This document shows positions 1 to 7,688 of a DNA stretch of 17,043 bases, one piece after another. The position numbers and the translations under genes were made by a program. Position 1 is the first letter of the stretch. The number at the start of each line of letters is the position of its first letter. This stretch comes from Candidatus Hodarchaeum mangrovi (lineage in GTDB: Archaea; Asgardarchaeota; Heimdallarchaeia; Hodarchaeales; Hodarchaeaceae), in the NCBI GenBank assembly GCA_016839515.1, contig JAEOUE010000069.1, positions 1 through 17,043 on the forward strand. The letters run 5' to 3'. The notes below the pieces were generated by a model. The model worked only from the letters and a program-made list of their open reading frames with translations. It did no database searches and was not told the DNA's origin.

Positions 1-2
1 GA

Positions 3-230
3 AGATGTATTGGAGGTTGTGAGGCTTGTTTTGGCGGTGAAATAACAGCTTATACCCAAAGTGCGATTGAGGCACGTAATGATGCCATCAACCGTTTATG
101 TTATCAAGTTCAACAAGTGGGAGGTAACGCAGTACTTGGGGTTAAATTTGATAGCTCACGATCTGGACAAGACTCCTCAATGACAGATATAGTGGCATAT
201 GGTACTGCGGTACGTGTTCGATCTAAATAA
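3..230 (+). CDS. YbjQ (UPF0145) family protein, 5'-truncated by the window edge
   Basis: Not in the ORF track. Manual translation of frame 3 gives RCIGGCEACFGGEITAYTQSAIEARNDAINRLCYQVQQVGGNAVLGVKFDSSRSGQDSSMTDIVAYGTAVRVRSK*. GGE..Y, EAR..A, GGNAVLGV and AYGTAV are YbjQ signatures. Confidence 0.88.
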   Translation, partial: RCIGGCEACFGGEITAYTQSAIEARNDAINRLCYQVQQVGGNAVLGVKFDSSRSGQDSSMTDIVAYGTAVRVRSK

Positions 231-263
231 GGAATAGTTGAAGCAATTTGTTGGGTAATAGGA

Positions 264-917
264 GTGCTAACTAGGAACAGATTTATTAGATCTCTCCCTC
301 TAAGGAAAAGAATCTCATTCTTTCATCGCTACTTGGAACTGATGCTTCCAATCCAGTTTGCTCATCATCCTTTATGCGACAAATTTGAACAAGAAACATT
401 ATTATTCAAGATTTTCCAGAAAAATTTTTACATTTGTCGAGGCTGTTTTTGGGTATTTCTCTCAACTTTTCTTAGCCTTTTGTTTGTAATCCTTTTTAAT
501 CCTTTAAAAGATTTATCGGTAATTGAAAAAATTATAGTGATAATTTTAATCTCATCTCCGACTTGGATTGGATTTTTATATTCATTTCAACATCGAATTG
601 TGAAAGATCTCCTTAGAATATCGCTTGGTACTGGTTTGGGTATTGCCATGGGGGAATTAATCCTTACACCAAATTTATTTTATAAAATCTTCACCTTTGG
701 ATTTATTATTGCCTTCATCTGGACTTTTTCTTATCTTAGAAGACGATTTTCGAGAAAAGAAAATCATAAATTATGTCTTAGTTGTAAAAAATTGAATAAT
801 GACATTTGTGAAGGATTTAAACAACAATTAGAAGCTCAGCGACAATATAGCCAAGAATTAAGTGATTATATACAAGAGAATTCTTCTTGGAGAGATATTA
901 TGCAAAAGTTAAATTAA
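264..917 (+). CDS. Cys/His-rich integral membrane protein, DUF2085-like, possibly metal-binding
   Basis: 217-aa ORF with about 4 hydrophobic helices. HHPLC and ICRGC precede TM1 and CLSC...IC follows the last TM. Start is GTG 264 or ATG 342. Confidence 0.55.
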   Translation: MLTRNRFIRSLPLRKRISFFHRYLELMLPIQFAHHPLCDKFEQETLLFKIFQKNFYICRGCFWVFLSTFLSLLFVILFNPLKDLSVIEKIIVIILISSPTWIGFLYSFQHRIVKDLLRISLGTGLGIAMGELILTPNLFYKIFTFGFIIAFIWTFSYLRRRFSRKENHKLCLSCKKLNNDICEGFKQQLEAQRQYSQELSDYIQENSSWRDIMQKLN

Positions 918-1067
918 TTATTTTCTTTATATTAGAAAATTATAGCTCTGTGTAATTATGAACTTAAAGAAAAAGATTTTGAATAATAATTCTTCGGCCT
1001 GAGATTATAAATACCTAAAAGAAAATAGTTTAGAGAGTTAAATATTATTCCTTATAACTAGTAAAGC

Positions 1068-2024
1068 TCATAAGGCTAAAAAATAATTTTCACCTTGTTT
1101 TATAATCTTTTCTAGGTCGATTAATCGATCAAAGTGTTGTTTAATCATGATTTGTTCTGCAATGAATAAGTAATCTTTAATATAACCATATTTTTTATAA
1201 ATAATGTTTTTTCCAACTAGATCAATGGGACGAGTAGGTTTTGAGGGAGATAAATAGTTTAAAATTTTTTCATCACGTTTTGAGATAACTTCAAGATATT
1301 TTTTTAATTCCTCGCTTATTCTCTTCTCTCCTTGGTAAATTCCCTTGTGACTTGAAACAGCTAGGACAATATTCAATTGAAGTAGTTTTTGAATTGATTT
1401 CTCAAAGTCTATTAAGTTGGAATCTAAACAACCATACCAAGGACCCAACCCTGTTAGATCTATATCACCTAAGAATATAAATTGATGTTTAGAATCATAA
1501 AAACAGCAATGTCCTGCAGAATGACCCGGAGTATGAATTATTTGTAGCTTAACAGAATTATTACACAGTATAAATTCATCAGGTATTAAAGGACTTATTT
1601 GTGGAAGATCAACAAGCTTTAATGACTGAATAAGTTCTTTAAAGATTCCTTCAACTACTGTTCCTTTAGTATTGTATAATTCTTGAATTTGATTAAGATT
1701 TTGAAGAATTTGGGAGTCTTTTGGATGACAAAAAAATCCAGATCCATGTTTTTGGAGCAAATAATTTCCTGAAATATGATCTTCATGCCAATGTGACAGA
1801 AAAGTTTTGGAAATATTGAAATCCTTTAATATTCTCTTAATGGTTGTATGACCGATTCCTGAATCAATCATAAAAGCTAAATTAGATTCTGGATTAGGTT
1901 TGATGAGGATTGAATGAGAAAAAGGATAGCTAGCATTCTGAAGTGCTGGAATAAAAAAATATTCAGGAATTGATTCATCTATTGATATAAGATAATCAGG
2001 GAGTGAAGAACGCAATTTTAGCAA
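1068..2024 (-). CDS. Metallo-beta-lactamase-fold hydrolase (glyoxalase II-like) with C-terminal extension
   Basis: IDSG, SHWHEDH (HxHxDH), HTPGHSAGH, FLGD and SSH metal-ligand motifs. TTG start is bounded by an in-frame TAA at 2040-2042. Confidence 0.9.
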   Translation of the reverse strand: MLKLRSSLPDYLISIDESIPEYFFIPALQNASYPFSHSILIKPNPESNLAFMIDSGIGHTTIKRILKDFNISKTFLSHWHEDHISGNYLLQKHGSGFFCHPKDSQILQNLNQIQELYNTKGTVVEGIFKELIQSLKLVDLPQISPLIPDEFILCNNSVKLQIIHTPGHSAGHCCFYDSKHQFIFLGDIDLTGLGPWYGCLDSNLIDFEKSIQKLLQLNIVLAVSSHKGIYQGEKRISEELKKYLEVISKRDEKILNYLSPSKPTRPIDLVGKNIIYKKYGYIKDYLFIAEQIMIKQHFDRLIDLEKIIKQGENYFLAL

Positions 2025-2287
2025 CTTCTTAGAGCTCAGTTATACAAGAAAATTCAAATCTTTTCAAGGCTAAAAATACACCATTAGCCTTTTCAAAAAG
2101 CTTTCTAATAAGAAGTGGGTATTAAAAATTATTTATTATTTTTATCATTTCAGCAATTATACATTATTTGATTATTGCGTTTCTTTAATCGTTTTTGATT
2201 CGTTATTAAGTTTGTTGGAGTTTGTATTAGTTGTATTGGTCTTAAAATATCTTTTTAATGTGTAGTCAAATGTGACCCTTGACTATA

Positions 2288-2827
2288 TTAAGGAAGAATC
2301 AATTGAGGCAAACGCTTCATATAGGAATTGGACCCAATTTCTTTGGTTTTTTCATGTTCTCTAAATCCGAATTGACAATAAAAAGTCTTACAATTTAAAA
2401 TGTCTTCATTTGAAGGTTTACAATTAGGATTAATAAAGGGTAAGGCATGAAGAGTTAAGATCACTCCTAAATCATCTGCAAAGTGGATTAACTCATTCAT
2501 AATATAAGTAGCAAGTCCATTGTTACGAAATGTAGGTTCTGTCCAGAGAAGGCCTATATAGCAATTATTCCTCTTCGGATTCCAACTAAAAGAAACACTC
2601 CCCGCAACAATAAAATCATTGTTGTGTCGTTCGCCAATGTCAATAAAACATCGTAATGTCTTTTTATGATCTATAGCCTTCTTTAATGAGAAGTTTTCGT
2701 CCAGAAAGATCTTATCCATACTACTAGCCATGAAACGATGGACCTGTTTGCTTAAACGTAGTTCAATGTTTAAGTCCCAAGATTTCAAAAACGAGTGATT
2801 TTCATCAATTTCTATAATAGAAAGCAT
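2288..2827 (-). CDS. GNAT-family N-acetyltransferase
   Basis: Acetyl-CoA motif A (LWTEPTFRNNGLAT) and C-terminal FY..FGF motif. Confidence 0.82.
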   Translation of the reverse strand: MLSIIEIDENHSFLKSWDLNIELRLSKQVHRFMASSMDKIFLDENFSLKKAIDHKKTLRCFIDIGERHNNDFIVAGSVSFSWNPKRNNCYIGLLWTEPTFRNNGLATYIMNELIHFADDLGVILTLHALPFINPNCKPSNEDILNCKTFYCQFGFREHEKTKEIGSNSYMKRLPQLILP

Positions 2828-3187
2828 AAATATTCTCCGAAGTCAAATAATTATTCTAGTTTCCCCTATTTAAGATTTGGGGAATTAACAAAAAGGTAAA
2901 AAAGAGACCGTTGAAATTAATGAATAATTAAATTTAATATTTCAAAAAAACTTAAAACTTTCTAGATTTAGTCTAAATTACCTTTGAATTGATAACAGTT
3001 CAATTGGGTCTTTTTATTTACACTAGTTAAATCAGATAATTGTAAACAACTTAAAATTAATATTTCTGTTCAGTTTATTTTTATTATACTTAAAAGAAGA
3101 AACTTTAACCTCTCAATATTTATTTAAAAGACATAAACAATGAAATACGTTATATTTTCACTTAAAAAACATCATTTGTTGTTTAAA

Positions 3188-3574
3188 ATGAATGATAATA
3201 TAAGATTTGGACATCATTTTGAAATCTGCTTTTCTGTTAAATACCTTCAAGAGAGTATAGACTATTACATAAACCTAGGATTCAAAATTTATACAGGAGG
3301 AAAAAATAAAGGGTGGTGTATTGTAACAGATGACATGATTTACCTTGCTATGTTTCCAGACAATTTTATTGAAAAAGAATTTGGAATACCTGTGCTTTTT
3401 AATTATCGGGGAGGAAATATTCAAAAAATCGTTGCATTCCTCAAGAAAAGAGGAATAAAATTTTCAAAAGAAAGAATTTTAGAAAAAAGAACAGGAGAGG
3501 CAATCTTTACAGATATTAATGGACAGGTTTTTTATTTAGATACAAGTCCTAAAGAAGAAAGAATAGATCATTAA
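3188..3574 (+). CDS. VOC (glyoxalase/bleomycin resistance) family protein
   Basis: Pattern HFEICFSVKYLQESIDYYINLGF ... FLKKRGIKF ... FTDINGQVFYL. In-frame ATG 3188 is preferred over the track start at 3140 because the fold begins there. Confidence 0.82.
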   Translation: MNDNIRFGHHFEICFSVKYLQESIDYYINLGFKIYTGGKNKGWCIVTDDMIYLAMFPDNFIEKEFGIPVLFNYRGGNIQKIVAFLKKRGIKFSKERILEKRTGEAIFTDINGQVFYLDTSPKEERIDH

Positions 3575-3625
3575 TAGCAGAGAGAAATATTAATCATAAT
3601 TTGAACTAGCTGCGAAGGGAAAAAA

Positions 3626-4090
3626 ATGAGTATCCTACAAATATTTGAACCAAGAATGGAAAGAGCAGGTCTGTTTGCAGAGGAAGATAGTTTAATGAAA
3701 GCGTTAAAGGAATTAAAAGATCCTAAATTATCATATAAGCGATCTACTCGTGGATATACTTTATTATACAATTCAAAACCAGCTAATCCAATAATTGCGG
3801 GAAAATTACGTGATGAGGTAGAAAAAGCACTCCATCACGTTCATGCATATTATATTAAGTACATGGCTACTCGTGATTTAGCGAAAAATGGATTTAAACT
3901 TTTAACTACCATAAATTCAGATAAAAGTTTTGATATAGTCTTTCAACACGATAAAGATTCAAATAAGTCAATAAAGATTAGTACTCATTACGATTCATGG
4001 CTAGTTAATTTAGAATTAAACGGTTATAAGTCAGAAGAAACAGATTTTCTTTCTGAATTACAAGCTAGAATTGGAAAACAATTATCCTGA
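3626..4090 (+). CDS. Hypothetical protein, possible DUF1257 (Ycf35-like) + DUF2997-like fusion
   Basis: 154-aa ORF with GAAGGG upstream. L.KAL.EL, Y...(K)NGFKL...D.S..IV and KSIKIS..D...V.LE..GY...L..RIG recall the two families from memory only. Confidence 0.45.
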   Translation: MSILQIFEPRMERAGLFAEEDSLMKALKELKDPKLSYKRSTRGYTLLYNSKPANPIIAGKLRDEVEKALHHVHAYYIKYMATRDLAKNGFKLLTTINSDKSFDIVFQHDKDSNKSIKISTHYDSWLVNLELNGYKSEETDFLSELQARIGKQLS

Positions 4091-4235
4091 AAACGCTCTT
4101 GAAGAAAAAATCAGAATCTATACTTTTTCAAAGGAAATACTTCTATTATTTACAATGATAATTATTAAAAACTATTCATTTTAATATTTTTAGAATATTG
4201 ATTCACAATGAAATTTGTACAGTAAACTGAAATCC

Positions 4236-4259
4236 TTTAAATTATGAAAAATTCATAAT
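4236..4259 (+). promoter_or_regulatory. TATA-like TTTAAATT overlapped by inverted repeat ATTATGAA-N3-TTCATAAT (candidate operator)
   Basis: Perfect 8-bp arms at 4241-4248 and 4252-4259, about 70 nt upstream of the regulator ATG. The AT-rich background limits significance. Confidence 0.35.
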
Positions 4260-4329
4260 GAATAATGTATAATAGACGAATTTAGTATAATTTATTGCTA
4301 TTAAATTTCTTTAAGTTGGAATTAAAAAA

Positions 4330-5361
4330 ATGCCAAAAGATATTACGCGTAGCTTACAGCTCACAGGGGCTAGAACATACTTGGTAAGTTTACCAAGAGA
4401 ATGGATTGAACAGAATGGGTTAGAAGCAAAAGATGAAATAGGAATAAGGATGGAAAATGAAATTTATTTACTACTATACCCAAGAAATCCGCGAAAATTT
4501 CCCCGAAAGACAACTACAATTTTTGAAGATGATACTGTTGAACTAGAATTGCTAGCTAGGTATGTAACAGGCTTTGACACAATGCTAGTATACCCAATGG
4601 ATTCTAAAAAAATTAAAGATCCTGATAAGATCCGAGAAGAAATCAGACATCAAATCGGTCTTGAAATTATCCGTGAATCTCCGGGACAACTCGAAATTCA
4701 ATTTATCGCTTCTTCAGCTTTAGATTTACAGACTCTTGTTAGAAAAATTTATGCTCTTTCATTTAGTATGCTTGATGATTCTATTAATGCTATCTTCAAT
4801 TCAGATCAAGAGATTAAAGAACGGATCATAAGACGCTATTCTGAGGTGGATCGTGTTTATTATTTTATTGTAAGACTTCTCCAACAAGCTTTAACTGATC
4901 CTTTAGAGGAGATAAATTTATACCCTTATGAATGTTTAAATTATCAAATTGTAGCTTATCAAGGGGAAGTTTTAGGCAAATCCTGTCGAGAGTTAGCAAA
5001 TAGAATTGGAAGATTTCAAAATTCTTTTTTAACTTCTGAAACTGAATCTATGGTAAAGGAAATAACTGATAAGTTGATAGAACTCCTAGATGATTCAATT
5101 GAAGCGTTCTTGAACAAAGATATGGAACGAGCTAAAATCACTTTTAATGAAGTAAAAAATAAAAAATATCAAGTCCAACCTATGCTAGCCATTATATCGG
5201 AAGAGGCAGCAGACGAACCTACTTGGTTTTTAGCAACATTGTTATCAAGTTTACTTGAACGAGCCGATCAAGTATGCTATTTAACAAATTTAGTTACTCG
5301 TGGATTCAAAGCATTGGAAGAATATCATTCAAAAAGTTATTTAGATTCAGAAATAGCTTGA
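4330..5361 (+). CDS. Archaeal-type AbrB/SpoVT + tandem PhoU-domain regulator
   Basis: N-terminal RSLQLTGARTYLVSLPREWIEQNGL is the archaeal AbrB-PhoU signature, followed by ARYVTGFD, GLEII.E, EVDRVY and LLERAD PhoU-repeat motifs. Confidence 0.88.
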   Translation: MPKDITRSLQLTGARTYLVSLPREWIEQNGLEAKDEIGIRMENEIYLLLYPRNPRKFPRKTTTIFEDDTVELELLARYVTGFDTMLVYPMDSKKIKDPDKIREEIRHQIGLEIIRESPGQLEIQFIASSALDLQTLVRKIYALSFSMLDDSINAIFNSDQEIKERIIRRYSEVDRVYYFIVRLLQQALTDPLEEINLYPYECLNYQIVAYQGEVLGKSCRELANRIGRFQNSFLTSETESMVKEITDKLIELLDDSIEAFLNKDMERAKITFNEVKNKKYQVQPMLAIISEEAADEPTWFLATLLSSLLERADQVCYLTNLVTRGFKALEEYHSKSYLDSEIA

Positions 5362-5495
5362 TTTAGTTATCTAGTTTATTTATTGAATCGGTTAACCCTT
5401 GAAACAGAAATATCATATATTCTGTTGCACTAATTACAAAAATAAATCTATTCAAGAAAAAGTCTAATTCTTAATTGAGGACTGAGGTAGTTGAA

Positions 5496-6731
5496 ATGGA
5501 TAAATTAGCTGTTCTTGGAGGAGAACCTGTAAGAAAAACACCTCTCTCATTCTTCAAAGTAAATTTAGGTGAGGAAGAAACTTCAAACGTTGTAGAAGTT
5601 TTGAAATCTGGAAATCTGGTTCAAACCCATGGAAAGTGGGCAAATCTATTTGGAGAATTGGCAAAAGAGTATTTGGGTTCAAAATACTCTGTGATTGCAA
5701 ATAATGGTACTAGTACAATGCATTTGGCGTTAATCGCCTTAGAAATAGGCCCTGGTGATGAGGTAATATGTTCTCCCTTGGGATGGATATCAAGTGGAAC
5801 AGTTTGTTTATATCAGAATGCAGTTCCGATTTATGCAGATGTCGATCCGATTTTTGGATTCATTGATCCAGAAGATGTCGTGAAAAAAATAACCCCACGA
5901 ACCAAAGCTGTCTCGGTTGTGCATACTTGGGGACTTCCCGCTGATTTAGATCCTCTCGTTGAAATTTGTGAGGAAAGAGATATCCTAATTATTGAAGACG
6001 CGGCAGAGGCTTTAGGTGCCACTTATAAAAATAGAAAGGTTGGAACAATAGGAACATTTGGTAGTTTTTCTACAGTATGGAACAAAATTATAACAACAGG
6101 GGAAGGGGGATTTCTTGTTACAGATGAGGAGGATCTAGCTAAAAGAGCAAAACATTTTGGGAATTTTGCAAAGGTTCCTAATAAAGGGGATTATTTTGAT
6201 GGTTTAGGATATAATTATAGAATGACAGAATTAATGGGAGCTTTAGGGGTTGCTCAGATAAAAATGATCGATCATCTGATTGAAAAGAGACAAAACAATG
6301 CAGATTATTTGACCAAACAAATAGATTCATTAGGAATTAATGGAGTTCATCCTGCTTATCAGCCAAGCTATGGAAAAGGAGTTTTTTGGAAGTACACCAT
6401 TCGTCTTGATTTAGTTAACTATAAAGTCTCACGCAATGAAATCGTACGTGCTCTTAAGGCTGAGGGAATTCAATGTGATGCTCCTGTTTTACCTGATAAT
6501 ATGCAACCTCTTTATGAAAATCAAACAGTTTATGGTACTACACATTGTCCTTGGGACTGTAAATATTATAAAGGGCCTAAAGAAATTGATTATACCAATA
6601 TGACTCCAATTGCAAAAGAATATTCAGATCGTGCAATCTGGTTAACAGGTTGTGGACCACACTTAACAAAGGTTGACCTTGATTCAATTGTGCTTGCTCT
6701 TGAAAAAGTCTTGAAATGGTATCAACGATAA
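5496..6731 (+). CDS. DegT/DnrJ/EryC1/StrS-family PLP-dependent sugar/cyclitol aminotransferase
   Basis: NGT..MHLAL, GPGDEVI, IIEDAAEA (PLP Asp), SFS...NKIITTGEGG (Schiff-base Lys), GYNYRM. ATG 5496 has GAGGT at 5484-5488 and is preferred over TTG 5475. Confidence 0.93.
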   Translation: MDKLAVLGGEPVRKTPLSFFKVNLGEEETSNVVEVLKSGNLVQTHGKWANLFGELAKEYLGSKYSVIANNGTSTMHLALIALEIGPGDEVICSPLGWISSGTVCLYQNAVPIYADVDPIFGFIDPEDVVKKITPRTKAVSVVHTWGLPADLDPLVEICEERDILIIEDAAEALGATYKNRKVGTIGTFGSFSTVWNKIITTGEGGFLVTDEEDLAKRAKHFGNFAKVPNKGDYFDGLGYNYRMTELMGALGVAQIKMIDHLIEKRQNNADYLTKQIDSLGINGVHPAYQPSYGKGVFWKYTIRLDLVNYKVSRNEIVRALKAEGIQCDAPVLPDNMQPLYENQTVYGTTHCPWDCKYYKGPKEIDYTNMTPIAKEYSDRAIWLTGCGPHLTKVDLDSIVLALEKVLKWYQR

Positions 6732-6744
6732 ATGGTGATAATAA

Positions 6745-7422
6745 TTGAAATATTCAAAAAGACAATTTGCTAAATTTTTAGATCATTCAGCGTTAAAACC
6801 TTTTTTTGGAGAACAAGATATCATACGAATGGCTACAGAAGCAAAGAAATGGGAATTTGCAGCTCTTTCGATAAATCCTCATTATACAGCACTAGCAGCT
6901 CGTGAGTTAAAAGGAACAGATATTCGTGTAAATCCGTGTATTGCTTTTCCATTTGGAGCTATTTCTCCCGAATGGAAAGCATGGGAAGCTGAAATGTGTA
7001 TTCGACAGGGAGCAACTGAAATCGATATGGTAACTAATATTGGAGCTATAAAAGAGGGAAAATGGAATTTAGTTCGAAAGGATATTGAGTCGGTTGTAAA
7101 TGTTGCTAAAGATATAGAAGTTAAAGTCATAATTGAAACTGCTTATTTAACTGATGATTTAAAAATCAAAGCAGCATTAGTGGTAGCTGAGGCAGGAGCT
7201 GCCTATGTAAAAACAAGTACAGGTTATGCTCCTACTGGAGCGACTATTCATGACGTAAAATTACTTTATAATACGGTTGGGGATCGAATTAAAGTGAAAG
7301 CAGCAGGAGGAATCCGTCATTACGAGGATGCTGTTGTAATGATTCAATCTGGGGCGAGTCGAGTTGCATCAAGTTCAACAATTCAAATTATGACAGAAGG
7401 AGGATTTCACGACTCAGCCTAA
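6745..7422 (+). CDS. deoC: Deoxyribose-phosphate aldolase-like class I aldolase
   Basis: LDH..LKP, FP.G, GATEIDMV, VKVIIET, VKTSTG (Schiff-base Lys), VKAAGGIR. TTG start with GGTGA upstream, 13 nt after the aminotransferase stop. Confidence 0.88.
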   Translation: MKYSKRQFAKFLDHSALKPFFGEQDIIRMATEAKKWEFAALSINPHYTALAARELKGTDIRVNPCIAFPFGAISPEWKAWEAEMCIRQGATEIDMVTNIGAIKEGKWNLVRKDIESVVNVAKDIEVKVIIETAYLTDDLKIKAALVVAEAGAAYVKTSTGYAPTGATIHDVKLLYNTVGDRIKVKAAGGIRHYEDAVVMIQSGASRVASSSTIQIMTEGGFHDSA

Positions 7423-7577
7423 AAAGATAAATAATAGTAAATTTTTTAATACATAGAAAATTTTTTCGTACGTATGAGGCCCTTCAGATCGGATAAGATC
7501 TATTAGTTTCTCTTCTGTATCTTTTAAAATTCATTATTTCAAAGACTAGATTCTTTATCCCTATTGATTTTAATTTT

Positions 7578-7596
7578 GAAAGGATAGATTTATATA
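7578..7596 (+). promoter_or_regulatory. Candidate archaeal promoter (purine-rich BRE-like run + TTTATATA) for the EIIC gene
   Basis: GAAAGGATAGA followed by TTTATATA at 7589-7596, about 92 nt upstream of ATG 7689. Confidence 0.5.
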
Positions 7597-7688
7597 TTAA
7601 TAGGATATTATTCATTACTCTGATTTTGAGATGATTAATACTCTCAAAATAAAATATCAGTAAAAACATCATTCGTTGGTGTTTAAAA

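Noticed and set aside
2828-3139. Long AT-rich divergent intergenic region as a possible ncRNA or origin
   Set aside because: Only low-complexity A/T runs expected of divergent promoters; no stable stem or iterated box found.
1068-3574. MBL + GNAT + VOC as an antibiotic-resistance island
   Set aside because: These are broad superfamilies, the MBL has no signal peptide and looks glyoxalase II-like, the genes are not one operon, and there are no mobility signals.
5496-6731. Reading the aminotransferase as part of an LPS or S-layer glycan biosynthesis cluster
   Set aside because: No glycosyltransferase, nucleotidyltransferase, dehydratase or flippase is in the window; neighbours are uptake and catabolic genes. 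A role in trans is not excluded.
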